A stretch of 33,034 nucleotides of DNA from Octopus bimaculoides (Eukaryota). The position numbers and the translations under genes were made by a program. The notes under the pieces were generated by a model. It searched no databases. It saw nothing but the letters and a program-made list of their open reading frames with translations, and was not told the DNA's origin. Position 1 is the first letter of the stretch; each line of letters opens with the position of its first letter. The stretch covers positions 12,050,724-12,083,757 of the forward strand of contig NC_068998.1 in assembly GCF_001194135.2 (NCBI RefSeq). The letters run 5' to 3'. Positions 1-11,700 of this stretch are shown in pieces.

Positions 1-11
1 ATATATATTAT

Positions 12-281
12 CCTTCGCCTGTTATTTGTTTTCAGTCACTGGACTCCGGCCATTCTGGGGCACCCCCTTGACGGATGTAGCCAAACGTTAATCGACACCA
101 GTTTTTAAGCCTTGGACTTATTCTGTAGGTCGCTTTTGCCAAGATGCTTCGTTGCGGGGACGTAAACAGAGCGCTGGTTGTCAAGTGGTGGGGCGGGACA
201 AATACACTCGCAAAGACACAAACTGGGAGTGAACCCGGAACCATGTGGTTGAGAAGAAAATTTTTACTATACGGCCACACA
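12..281 (-). mobile_element. SINE family A, tail type 1, internally deleted copy
   Basis: Reverse complement matches the tail of the copies at 26222-26524 and 32641-33008 (...GGGGTGCCCCAGAATGGCCGGAGTCCAGTGACTGAAAA), joined to a head fragment (GTGGCCGTATAGTAA...CCACATGGTTCCGGGTTCA) seen at 31313. Confidence 0.8.
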
Positions 282-2168
282 CGCACAAACGCGCGCGCCC
301 ACTCACTTATCCATGTGTGTGTGTGTATGTGTGCATGTGTGTGTGTGTACAAACATACATATACATTACATACATACATATATACACACCCATGTATTCT
401 TTTACAAGGAGATTGGAGACGGTGACTACGAAGTTTTGGCCTGTTAGCCTTCGTCGAACTATCTTATAATCCGACATAAGACATACACGCATTCATTCAT
501 ACATACATACATACATACATACGTGCATACATACAGATTTACGTATATACATACGTACGTACGTACGTGCGTACTTACATATAAATATAATTATATACAT
601 ATACGCGCTCAAGCATGCGCACACACACACACACACCACACGTGTGCGTGTGTATGTAGGTGCATGCGTCTGTGCATGCGTCTGTGTGTGTGTGTGTGTG
701 TGCAATTTGATGGTGAATACATGTTTATCTAAGAGAATGTGTCTATATATGTAAACATTTTTGCCCACATTTCAAAGTTCACTTTCCAAAATTAACAGCT
801 GGAAGAAATTGAAAATGGTTTGTGTTGAAATTATTTCACTTTTTACTCTACTAACAACCCTTGCGCGCACGCACACATACATACACTCACATATACACGC
901 GTGCGCGCACGCACACATACACTTTCACACACACGCATGACTATATAGCTCATTTTATTTCTTGGTTTTGTGACATAGTATGAATGTTATATAGAGATAG
1001 ATAAATGCAAATATATACGTACTCCAGTACATACATACATACATACATACATACATGCATACATACATACATACATAATATATACATGCATACATACATA
1101 CTCACACACAAACATACACACACAGATACCGCAAATGCATACACGCACATACATGCATATACACATACTCACGCACACATACATACACACACAGATACCG
1201 CAAATAGATACACGCACATACATGCATACATACATACTCACACACACATACATACACACACATACATGTATACATACATACACACACGCATACATACATA
1301 TTACAAATACATGCAAAAACACACATAGATACATACATACGTACATACATATATANNNNNNNNNNNNNNNNNNNNNNNNNNNNNNNNNNNNNNNNNNNNN
1401 NNNNNNNNNNNNNNNNNNNNNNNNNNNNNNNNNNNNNNNNNNNNNNNNNNNNNNNNNNNNNNNNNNNNNNNNNNNNNNNNNNNNNNNNNNNNNNNNNNNN
1501 NNNNNNNNNNNNNNNNNNNNNNNNNNNNNNNNNNNNNNNNNNNNNNNNNNNNNNNNNNNNNNNNNNNNNNNNNNNNNNNNNNNNNNNNNNNNNNNNNNNN
1601 NNNNNNNNNNNNNNNNNNNNNNNNNNNNNNNNNNNNNNNNNNNNNNNNNNNNNNNNNNNNNNNNNNNNNNNNNNNNNNNNNNNNNNNNNNNNNNNNNNNN
1701 NNNNNNNNNNNNNNNNNNNNNNNNNNNNNNNNNNNNNNNNNNNNNNNNNNNNNNNNNNNNNNNNNNNNNNNNNNNNNNNNNNNNNNNNNNNNNNNNNNNN
1801 NNNNNNNNNNNNNNNNNNNNNNNNNNNNNNNNNNNNNNNNNNNNNNNNNNNNNNNNNNNNNNNNNNNNNNNNNNNNNNNNNNNNNNNNNNNNNNNNNNNN
1901 NNNNNNNNNTATATATATACACATACACACACATATATATGTATTTATGTATTTATATAGACATATGTTTGTATGTATATATATATATATATATATATAC
2001 GTGCGTATGTGCGTGCGTGTGGGTATATAGATATATATACACACACTCACACATGCACAGACAGATACACACACCTCTGTGTGCATTTATATGTCTGTAT
2101 TTGTATGCGTATGTATGCATATATGTGTATGTGTGTGTATGTATGTATGCATGTATGTATGTATATAT
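282..2168. repeat. Compound microsatellites (CA)n/(TACA)n/(TA)n/(TG)n, with a short unique spacer and an assembly gap at 1356-1909
   Basis: Di- and tetranucleotide runs visible directly. The HT/YI/CV-rich ORFs here are translations of these runs. Confidence 0.95.
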
Positions 2169-2369
2169 NNNNNNNNNNGTAGCCACAAACGGTTCACTAA
2201 GTGGAATTAGTTGTTAATTTTTTTTTTCTGTGCTGGGGGAATTTTATGCTTCAGCGAGGAGTAAGAAATTACTACCGGCGTACCTCTTCAAGTGTGCCTC
2301 AATCGCCGTGTTTGTTTCCTCATATCTTTTACAAAAAAAAAAAACAAAAAAAAACAGGTAATTTTTCTC

Positions 2370-2495
2370 GCAGGCGTAGCCGTGTGGTAAGAAATTTGCT
2401 CCTCAACCACTTGGTTTCCAGTTCAGTTACATTGCGTGGCACTTTGGGGCAAGTGTCTTCTACTATAGTCCCGAGCCAACAAAATCCTTGTGAAT
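2370..2495 (+). mobile_element. SINE family A, 5' head fragment
   Basis: GCAGGCGTAGCCGTGTGGTAAGAA...GGGCAAGTGTCTTCTACTATAG is homologous to the heads at 18410 and 31313. It is truncated just before the family B copy at 2512. Confidence 0.85.
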
Positions 2496-2511
2496 ATGTT
2501 GTATTTGTAGT

Positions 2512-2834
2512 GAAGGTCCGTGGCTTAGAAGTTTCGGTGTTCGGCTCACGATCTCAAGGTCCTGCGTTCAAATCCTGGTGACGCGTTGTGTCTTTGAGCA
2601 AGTCACTTTTTTTCACGTTGCTCTAGTTCATTCAAGTGGAAAAAATGAGTTGTACCTGTAATTTAAAAGGGTCAGCCTTGTCACACTGTGTCACGCTGAT
2701 TCTCCCTGAGAACTATGTTAAGGGCACACAGGTGTGTGGAGTGCTCAACCAATATGCACGTTAATTTCACGAGCAGGCTGTTCCGTTGGTCGGATCAACT
2801 GGAACCCTCGCCGTCGTAAATGACGGAGTACCAG
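2512..2834 (+). mobile_element. SINE family B, head type 1 (tRNA-like)
   Basis: Pol III A-box-like TGGCTTAGAAG and B-box GTTCAAATCC. The 3' ~180 nt is homologous to 14992-15173. Possible 8-bp TSD TATTTGTA at 2502-2509 and 2840-2847. Confidence 0.8.
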
Positions 2835-3427
2835 TTATATATTTGTAAAAAAAATAATGGATAGAAATGGATCAACAAATGAATATTAAAATTTTTTTTA
2901 TAAAATTTCATTTTCCTAAAATACTTTTTATTGTATAGAAAGAACAATATCCTGGAGGATATTGATTACTGGGGGATTTTGTCCGAGGGGATTTTGTCTG
3001 GCGGGGATGGGATTTTGCCCTCGGTGAGATTTTGTCCTNNNNNNNNNNNNNNNNNNNNNNTCAGCCTTGTCACACTGTGTCACGCTGATTCTCCCTGAGA
3101 ACTATGTTAAGGGCACACAGGTGTGTGGAGTGCTCAACCAATATGCACGTTAATTTCACGAGCAGGCTGTTCCGTTGGTCGGATCAACTGGAACCCTCGC
3201 CGTCGTAAATGACGGAGTACCAGTTATATATTTGTAAAAAAAATAATGGATAGAAATGGATCAACAAATGAATATTAAAATTTTTTTTATAAAATTTCAT
3301 TTTCCTAAAATACTTTTTATTGTATAGAAAGAACAATATCCTGGAGGATATTGATTACTGGGGGATTTTGTCCGAGGGGATTTTGTCTGGCGGGGATGGG
3401 ATTTTGCCCTCGGTGAGATTTTGTCCT
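2672..3427. repeat. 367-bp direct duplication flanking a 22-N gap, probable assembly artefact
   Basis: 2672-3038 and 3061-3427 appear identical by eye and directly bracket the N run at 3039-3060. Confidence 0.85.
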
Positions 3428-3568
3428 AGTACCGAAAATTCCATTTAAAAATTACCCATTTTTCAGAAAGTTATGAGGAAACAAAGTCGGTGACATGAGG
3501 CACCCTTGTGTCGGTATGCTATTACTACAGATAGGTTTTGTAATTTGCTATTTGCAATGCAAAACATC

Positions 3569-3792
3569 AAAGCAGTGGGCTGGCACAATCGTTAACACGT
3601 CAGTCAAAATTCTAAAATGCTTAGCGGCATTTCTTCCAGCTCTTCATGTTTCGAGTTCAAATTCTGCCGAGGTCAAGGTCAATTTTGCCTTTCATCCATT
3701 CGGAGTCAATGAAATAAAGTACTAGTCATAAGATCGATCAAGTACTCGACTTGATCGATTCCAGCCTGTGTGGGCCCTCTTTGATTATTATT
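3569..3792 (+). mobile_element. SINE family C
   Basis: GCTGGCACAATCGTTAAC...AAAATGCTTAGCGGCATTTC...GAGTTCAAATTCTGCCGAGGTC...TTTGCCTTTCATCC is homologous to 9734 and 31688. It ends in an (ATT)n tail. Confidence 0.85.
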
Positions 3793-4009
3793 TTATTCTG
3801 GCGGACTCCCATAGCCGTTCGATGCTTAAAAACTAGTTTTATAGGAGCTTCTTACAAATTTCCTATTTTGTTTTTCACACGTTAGCTTGTGTAGGTTGGA
3901 CTACGTAAAAAGTTAAAGAAAGAGACTTAGCTGTTTCTTGCAATATATACGAATACATACTTCTAAAGTAATTTTTGTTTTCAGGGGCTCTTATAACACT
4001 AATGTGGAT

Positions 4010-4090
4010 CCCCAGCTTACTATTTTGTTGTGTGCCCACCCCACCGCCCAATCGACTTGTCCGTTCCCTTCAAAATTGCTGGCCTTGAAC
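4010..4090 (+). mobile_element. SINE family C, 3' fragment
   Basis: AATCGACTT...AAATTGCTGGCCTTG matches the 3' part of the other family C copies. Confidence 0.5.
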
Positions 4091-5750
4091 ACTGCAACGA
4101 GTCGAAGTCCCATTCAGGGGAGTGTTGTCATCTCGGTCACTTATTCTCCACGGAAACCGGATAACCGGCATTTTTGATCCTTGGTCTCAAGAAAATATAT
4201 TTCAAAGCACAGACTAGTTTTCTTAGATTCAACTGTAATCCCTAGTACAGTGTTTCTGAAAGCGACAAGATGTTGAGAGTTCAGCTGGTTCATAAGCCAA
4301 GGGTCTGTACAGCCAAGAAGGGGCCCTTGGATATCTGATAGGCTCTTCGGCGAGAAAATAAAAATAAAAACAAAAAATAATTTTAAAAAAACAGTGTCTT
4401 GAATTTTGAGAGGAAATCACCCGGGGCTCCGAATGCAGTCTTGTTCCAATTAGCAAAATTTTCTTTCGGAGACTCTGACTAGGAACCCTGGGGTACCGCG
4501 AAAATGTGAAAAATTCTGGTATTCCGTAACTTAAGGCGTCTTATAATAAAATTTAATAAAAATAAATTTTATAGAAAAAAAAAAATGCTACTCATAAAAT
4601 AATGTTGTGTGTGTGTGTGTGTGTGTGTNNNNNNNNNNNNNNNNNNNNNNNNNNNNNNNNNNNNNNNNNNNNNNNNNNNNNNNNNNNNNNNNNNNNNNNN
4701 NNNNNNNNNNNNNNNNNNNNNNNNNNNNNNNNNNNNNNNNNNNNNNNNNNNNNNNNNNNNNNNNNNNNNNNNNNNNNNNNNNNNNNNNNNNNNNNNNNNN
4801 NNNNNNNNNNNNNNNNNNNNNNNNNNNNNNNNNNNNNNNNNNNNNNNNNNNNNNNNNNNNNNNNNNNNNNNNNNNNNNNNNNNNNNNNNNNNNNNNNNNN
4901 NNNNNNNNNNNNNNNNNNNNNNNNNNNNNNNATATATATATATATATATATAGATAGATAGATATTATTTAAAAGAGTTTGATTCGGTAATCTAACCCGG
5001 AAAAAGACGGGGTTTTTGTCAGAACGCAACGAAAGGACCACGTGCGCATGCAAGATATAACAGTAAACTATGAATGTCATTCTTAATTTTAATTTCAATT
5101 TTATTTTATTAATAGCCGTCTTCTCTTCTCACATATTTTATACTCATTTTTGATAATGTTTTTCAAAAAAACCGAAACATGTAATGTAAATTAATTAAAA
5201 CACCCAAAAGATTTTTTTTTTTAAGTGGCATTTTCATTTTTATTTATCTTTAATATCTACTTACTTGTGTGGTACTTTTACAAATCTTTTCAAAGATATA
5301 TATATATATATAATTGAATAGAATAGAGTCGACAAGAAGGAGTACGGTTAGACAGCTATTTAATAAACACTGCACATGTTCGATACAGCATAAATCCACA
5401 TGTACATAGCATTTAAATTAAGCAACGGTTTACCTGTATAATGGGATATAGTTGTGTCTCCTCAGGTGATATACAATCGCTGTCCCCATTAGTAAACCTT
5501 TGACTTCGATGGTAACACATCCAACTGGCTCCTGTGAATCTAGTAGACGCTAGCTGTTCCATTCCTCTCGCTCTCATCGTGCCTCTGCACGCTCGACATG
5601 AGCGGTATTTGATACACTGGCTGTCCACTTTGTTTCACATGTTAGGTTGCACATGCTAAATTTTATTATATCGCAAATACACTTGCACATACTCACATAC
5701 AATTACCCACACACACACGTATACACAACTACATCTCTGGGCATCCCCAT

Positions 5751-5781
<31 letters not shown>

Positions 5782-5979
5782 TACCCACACACACCGATNN
5801 NNNNNNNNACACACACAAACATACCCACACACACCGATCAACAAATACATTCACACCCATACATACAAGCACATACATTTATCTACCCATATTCATGCAC
5901 ATAGGTATATCCTTGGGCACTCCATCGTATATATACACACACATATACAAACGGGAAGGTTAGGTGTGGTGAAACAGAA

Positions 5980-7387
5980 TAAAAATTATTATTTTTATAC
6001 ACTATTCCATCTTGAAAATGCATATTTGGCGCGGTGGTTACACCTTGAAATTTTTTCATCATGCTCGTTCACTAAATTCTCATCACTCAGCAGTATATTC
6101 AATGTTTCCTCAAGGCAAAGGTCACATTTGTCGGATAGCGAATTACATGGATGTGCATTTTTTTCATTATTGACCATTTTACTTCAGTCCTTATATGAGG
6201 TCTGTCAGTGAAGTTGCGTGTCGTCTGTTTATTTTTCGGAATGACGAGATGTGGTTGTGATAACGGACTTTGAATTGGTTTTCCGTGGTACCTATCTACA
6301 CGTATTTATGTTGGGATGGAGATTGTGCATTTGTATACTACGTTTTTTTGGACACATTGGTTCATGAGCAGACAAGCGAATTTTCTACGGCATTTGCAGT
6401 TATTTGTACTATTATTATTTTTATGTTTATCTGGTGACATTTTGATTCTGTTTTCCTGATGTTCCGTTTGGTTGTTAGTGTCTGAAGCATTGTGGAATCG
6501 GCAATCTTTTTTCTTGGATCTTTTTTGATGATTCATCTCAATTTTATTGCCACCGTCTATTACGTTATCTGAATTTTTGCAGTTGTTTATTTTTGTTCTT
6601 GGCCTTAAACCCTGTGATGTTTTTATTTGTTTACCCTCTGCCAGCAGACGTTGTTTGTATGTTTAATTTCCTGTTGTTGTATTTATGTATGTAGTACTCC
6701 ATGTTGTAAGATGTTGCGTACGGTATTTTCTCTGTGTGCTTGTTGAATAAACGCTAGTATTTATGTGTCTTAGGAAAGCATCTATTTAATGCTGCAATGA
6801 ATTGCTTACCTATCTTGGACGATATTTGGAGTCCAAAAATTGGATTATACCACAGGACCTCCGAATTTTTGTACCTTTTGTTCGGTTCCTTCATCCTATT
6901 TTGCGAGTTGTTGTGATTATGTGCGTCTGTATTCCAATTGTTATTTGGAGTTCCGTTATTTACAAACTTGATTTTTCCTTTATATCCGATCCTAACCAGC
7001 GCTTCATTATAGTATGGTGCATGTTGGTTGAATATTTCCTCTGTGGCCGATAATCTTAATATTCTGGTAGCTATGTTCTTAATTATTCTCTTGGTTATGG
7101 ATGGTGGATGACTGGAATTGACATTTATATATCTTAAGCACTCATTAGTCTAGTGGTATGGTTCATACATGACGCTTTCCAAATTAAAAGTTGTATCTAG
7201 AAAATTTACCTTACAGTAATTACAGTCTACAGGCCGAAACGTCTAAAACATTTATGGAGTTCTTTTCTATATCTTTCTATCTCAATTTTTGTACAGTTTT
7301 TCAATACGAAAAGAGCATCGTCTCTGTAGAGACCTCTCCTTATCAGTGGGAATTCGGATTTGACCTGGGATAACACATGAGAGCAAA
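5980..7387 (-). mobile_element. Penelope-like retroelement (PLE), 5'-truncated and degenerate, with RT C-terminal half and GIY-YIG endonuclease
   Basis: Hand translation of the minus strand gives, in order: GLYRDD (7317-7334, RT catalytic motif); VNFLDTTFNL; SSHPPSI; VLWYNP..IGKQFIAALNRCFPK; CKCRRKFACLLMNQC..NVVYKC; IGTTENQFKVRYHNHISSF; CDLCLEE..ISRCNHRAKY. This is the conserved RT-thumb-linker-GIY-YIG order of PLEs. Several stops and frameshifts are present. Confidence 0.9.
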
Positions 7388-7389
7388 GT

Positions 7390-7391
<2 letters not shown>

Positions 7392-7428
<37 letters not shown>
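7392..7428. repeat. (TC)n microsatellite between the PLE and the Tx1-like LINE
   Basis: Direct perfect repeat. Confidence 0.95.
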
Positions 7429-7429
<1 letters not shown>

Positions 7430-7430
<1 letters not shown>

Positions 7431-8312
7431 TTGGGGATTTACAGGATCATGCTCAAAGTGGTATCGTCATTCGCGCGTACCATCTTTGCTACTTTCACCC
7501 ACCTTTTATTGAATCTTTCATGAGACGAAACTTGTCTCTCTATTCTCACCTTCCTTTTCAGGTGGTATTTAAAAAAGTTGATGAGCGATTGGCCAGAGAG
7601 GAAAGTGCTTGTCTCTAAACCTTTCGCTTGAGTCCACCATACACATTCTTTCACCATGACCACCAGTACGATGAAAACTGCCTTGCCTTCCCGGTTAAGA
7701 GAAGGTGGCGGAGCAATTTTCACGATGGACTCGGCCGACAACCGAATTCGTCCCACACGTGACAGCAGCCGTTCGGCATAAGCCCATAGGTCCGAAATAG
7801 TTGGACACTGCACGAGTGCGTGCAGAACGGTTTCGTCGCTCTGACTGCATGTTGGGCAAGTCGGTCCGGTGTATCTCGAACCGTGCCTGTAAAGCTTATC
7901 TCGAACAGGTGTGCTTCCCGATAGCACTGCCAGGCCAGGGATCTCTGGTGATTGTCCATAGGTTCCGGTCCGAAAGTTGTCCTGAACAGGCGGGTCAGGT
8001 GTTCCTCGTCGACGCCCAGATTCTCCTCGAGAACGTCGTCGCACCTCCCCTCCACTAATCCTCTATAGAAGGCCTTCGTGTAATTGAAGTCGCACAAGTT
8101 TGCTTCCGGTCGGCAATGTCACTTGAAAGCAAGGCCGCACTCGCAGTACCATTCGCCTAGGTCTCTGTTTGATCCACGACTGCAGTTCGGCCAAATTGAC
8201 GAGCTGAGGGAAAGCGCGCCGCACAAACGGCGACCACACCTATTCACCGGCGACTATGAAGCGCCGGAGATGTTGCAGTCTCAGCGCATGTCTGCACATC
8301 ATCAAACATGGC
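7430..8312 (-). mobile_element. Non-LTR retrotransposon, L1/Tx1 clade, 3' fragment of ORF2 (frameshifted)
   Basis: ORFs 7439-8044 and 7720-8097 plus upstream frames carry the C-terminal cysteine motif CPTC-x4-ETVLHALVQC (zf-RVT-like), MDNHQRSLAWQ, and an [18 protein letters not shown] segment typical of the post-RT region. Stop codon at 7439. Confidence 0.8.
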
Positions 8313-8364
<52 letters not shown>

Positions 8365-8381
8365 GTAGGTGACAGACAGAC

Positions 8382-8451
<70 letters not shown>

Positions 8452-8515
8452 GTAGGTAGATAATCAGGTAGGTGATAGACAGACAGGCAGGCAGACAGAC
8501 AGATANNNNNNNNNN

Positions 8516-8559
<44 letters not shown>

Positions 8560-8643
8560 GTAGGTAGATAATCAGGTAGGTGATAGACAGACAGGCAGGC
8601 AGACAGACAGATAGATAGATCATACGTACATACATTACATACA

Positions 8644-8674
<31 letters not shown>

Positions 8675-8700
8675 CATACATGCATGCATGCGTACTTGCG
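8313..8700. repeat. (GATA)n/(GACA)n/(TACA)n compound microsatellite with a 10-N gap
   Basis: Direct. A ~60-nt block is repeated on both sides of the gap at 8506-8515. Confidence 0.95.
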
Positions 8701-9094
8701 TATATATGTACGTACATATGCTTTCACTTGCAAAAAACATTAACGTGCTCTAAATACACTTGGTGTCTGGTGATGATCGCGGATATCCTTTCGGCTGCCA
8801 GCGTAAAACCGCGAATTAATTGTGTAGGTATCTGTATAAAGTCACATTTATGTGTGTCAATGTGTGTGTATGTGTGTGTTCGTGTGTGTGTGTGTGTGTG
8901 CGTGTTTGTACGTAGGAACGTTTGCGTGAGCGTGCGAGCAAGCAAGCGAGCGAGCGAGCGAACGTGTGTTTACACAAAAAATATATAATGATTTTCTATG
9001 GTGTATTTAGAAAGATATGAGTACATATATAAAGTATATATAAATATTTATAGGTATAGGCGAAGAATACTATTTGCAACACCTGGAGGAAGTA

Positions 9095-9632
9095 ACTCAC
9101 CATCACCAACACGACTCGTCCGCCCACCACCACCACCACCACTGCTGCCGCCACTACCACCGCCAACAACAACAACAATACTACCCATCAACACCACCAC
9201 CACCACCACCACTTTTTTCNNNNNNNNNNNNNNNNNNNNNNNNNNNNNNNNNNNNNNNNNNNNNNNNNNNNNNNNNNNNNNNNNNNNNNNNNNNNNNNNN
9301 NNNNNNNNNNNNNNNNNNNNNNNNNNNNNNNNNNNNNNNNNNNNNNNNNNNNNNNNNNNNNNNNNNNNNNNNNNNNNNNNNNNNNNNNNNNNNNNNNNNN
9401 NNNNNNNNNNNNNNNNNNNNNNNNNNNNNNNNNNNNNNNNNNNNNNNNNNNNNNNNNNNNNNNNNNNNNNNNNNNNNNNNNNNNNNNNNCCACCACCACC
9501 ACCACCACCACTACCACCACCACCATCACCTCCACAGCCACCATCACCATCATCATCACTGCCATCACTAACACCACTAGAACCATCATCACCACCACCA
9601 TCTCACCAGCATCAACATAGCCAACACCACCA
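9095..9632. repeat. (CAC/CAT/CAA)n trinucleotide tract spanning an N gap at 9220-9489
   Basis: Direct. It produces the spurious poly-His, poly-Pro and poly-Val ORFs. Confidence 0.9.
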
Positions 9633-9733
9633 CTTAATGTATCAAGACCCCATTACAAAAAATTAAAAGATGGCTTCCTATATAGTGTGATTTGGAAGCT
9701 TCTCCATATCGTCTTCCAATAATCTTCCAGCTA

Positions 9734-9927
9734 AAGGTAGGGAGCTGGCAAAATGCTTAGCCGCATTAGTCTTTACATTCTGAGTTCAAATTCTGCTGGG
9801 TTTGACTTTGCCTTTCATCCTTCGGAGGTCGACAAGATAAAGTACCATTTGCACATTGGGGTCGATCCAGCTGACTTACTCTTCCGCTTGATATTGCTGG
9901 CCTTGAGCCAAAATTTGAAACCAATGT
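9734..9927 (+). mobile_element. SINE family C
   Basis: GAGCTGGCAAAATGCTTAGC...CTGAGTTCAAATTC...TTTGCCTTTCATCC...GGCCTTGAGCCAAAATTTGAAACCAAT. Confidence 0.85.
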
Positions 9928-10489
9928 TCATCCCAGCCTTCAACTCTACAGCTTTTTAACTGGGAATATTCTTCAGATCCCATGGAGGTATGGAAATCCA
10001 AGCTTGAGAATATGGAACTCAATCACTCACAAGTATCGTTTTCTATAAATAAACATGGCCATTTTTTTTTTTTCTTCTTTAATGATTGTCCTTCCTGTTC
10101 CATTCGCGAAGCCATACCTACCATCAATATCTTTTGAAGTCATATTTGCACACATTAGTGATGACGACGACGATGACGACAACGACGACGACGATGATAA
10201 TTTCGACAGTCTGGTGACAGAGATAGGGGGAAATATTGGGTAAACCTACGAGGTGGAGTAGGAGGAAGCGTCTGGAATCATAGAAGGGTTAAGAACCCCA
10301 GTTCTGTTCTCCCACAGACACACACACACACTTCTGAATTCTCCTACCTGCCTCCCCTCAACCAAGATGGATGGCTCTGTCAGTAGAATTCCTGCTAATA
10401 CAGCTACACGATATAAACGCCACATGCATACACCAGAACACTCCCCAAAATTTCTTTCTCTATTCCACCTATCTCACCACTTTCCTTTA

Positions 10490-11040
10490 CACTTATTTTC
10501 TAATGATATCATGTATTTCTGATGAGGTTTAATTCATTTCAAAAGTAGTATAAGCTAAAGGCCATTGCCATTTTGTTTTCCAATCCTGTGTTGTTTAAAG
10601 TATTACAACCACACCCACTTCTAGCATTGAAATAGCTCAGAAGAATAATCTTATCATCCTTTGACAAGTTGCTTATAGGTCGTTTAAAATAAAAAGGAAG
10701 AGACAGTATTTCGGTCTCAGAATGACTCATAGGCGCACATAAATGCACATTGATAGATATGAAATGATTGCTTTCTTGTAGGAGATGCAAGGAAACTAAG
10801 TGTTCTGATTTGCCAAAATGAAGCTCATGTAAATATTTGACATTTGATGTTTTGATTACAAGACCTGCACCATAATTTCTTCGCTTTCCAATTTAATTTT
10901 CATTCTAGAAGAAATTATATCCATAAAGCTCTTCAGTGAATTGAACATGATTGCAGAGATGTGCATCTGAGATACCAACAATATCCATATCAAAGCAAAA
11001 CAATGCCTTTTTTTTAATGTATTCGTCTATCTGAGCCTTT
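10490..11040 (-). mobile_element. RTE-clade LINE, apurinic-like endonuclease domain fossil
   Basis: Minus-strand translation across frameshifts: MDIVGISDAHL..QFTEELYGYNFF, RNYGAGLVIK, FISINVHLCAP, LSKDDKIILLSYFNARSG, GKQNGNG. These follow the APE motif order (IAALSETR, HGVGF, SAYAPT, DKLILLGDFNARVG, NGNG) of RTE elements. Confidence 0.7.
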
Positions 11041-11125
11041 TTTTATATGATTTTGTGGAAAATTGTCAACAAATCATGAGAGCTTGTAGCTAAGTTCAGG
11101 CTAAACTTATCTATAACAGATATTA

Positions 11126-11326
11126 CAAGGGGGTGCTGAAAAGTTCCTGGCTTTGAGTAAACGAAAATACAGGAGGATCAGTTAATTATGATTTTATTAA
11201 ACATACTACTCTCAGGTTCACACACTTATTGCAGCTGTCCTTCAGTTTTTCTAAGCCCTGTAAAAGAACTCAGAAGGTTAGGCCTCTAACCAGACCTTTT
11301 GCAAAGAACTTTTCAGTACCCCCTTG
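11126..11326. mobile_element. Tc1/mariner-type MITE, 201 bp
   Basis: TIRs CAAGGGGGTGCTGAAAAGTTC (11126-11146) and GAACTTTTCAGTACCCCCTTG (11306-11326) match at 20/21. TA dinucleotides flank both ends (11124-11125, 11327-11328). No coding capacity. Confidence 0.9.
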
Positions 11327-11700
11327 TAAATATTTTGCTATGTTGCCACTTCTAAATAAACAATTTCAGTGTTGGAGAACTGATGTGTCTTATAAGTGTA
11401 AATGTACCTCCATGAACATCTCTGACTAATGGAAACCCCATCTCGATGCTGCTTTTGAAAATTGCAGTGCAGTAAAGAAAACAGTCAGAAGATTTTTACA
11501 ACTTATAGTAGTAAAACTTTATCTACTTGAGAAATCTTACAACATGAAGCCAAGCTATGTGCATAACACTAACTGAAATGCATCTGATAAGAAAATATAT
11601 CAGATGCAAAATTGCACATGCAAAAGTATGTTGCCCTATATTCTTTGACAGGAAGGAAAGAAATGAAAGAGGATTCACCATTTGCTTTCAAGAGCATTAC

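Noticed and set aside
4250-4340. Plus-strand peptide MLRVQLVHKPRVCTAKKG resembling the start of an FKBP domain
   Set aside because: There is an in-frame stop immediately after, no splice donor, and none of the FKBP core residues.
8998-9666. Poly-Pro or poly-His protein-coding region
   Set aside because: A (CAC)n tract spanning a gap, open in several frames on both strands, with no splice context.
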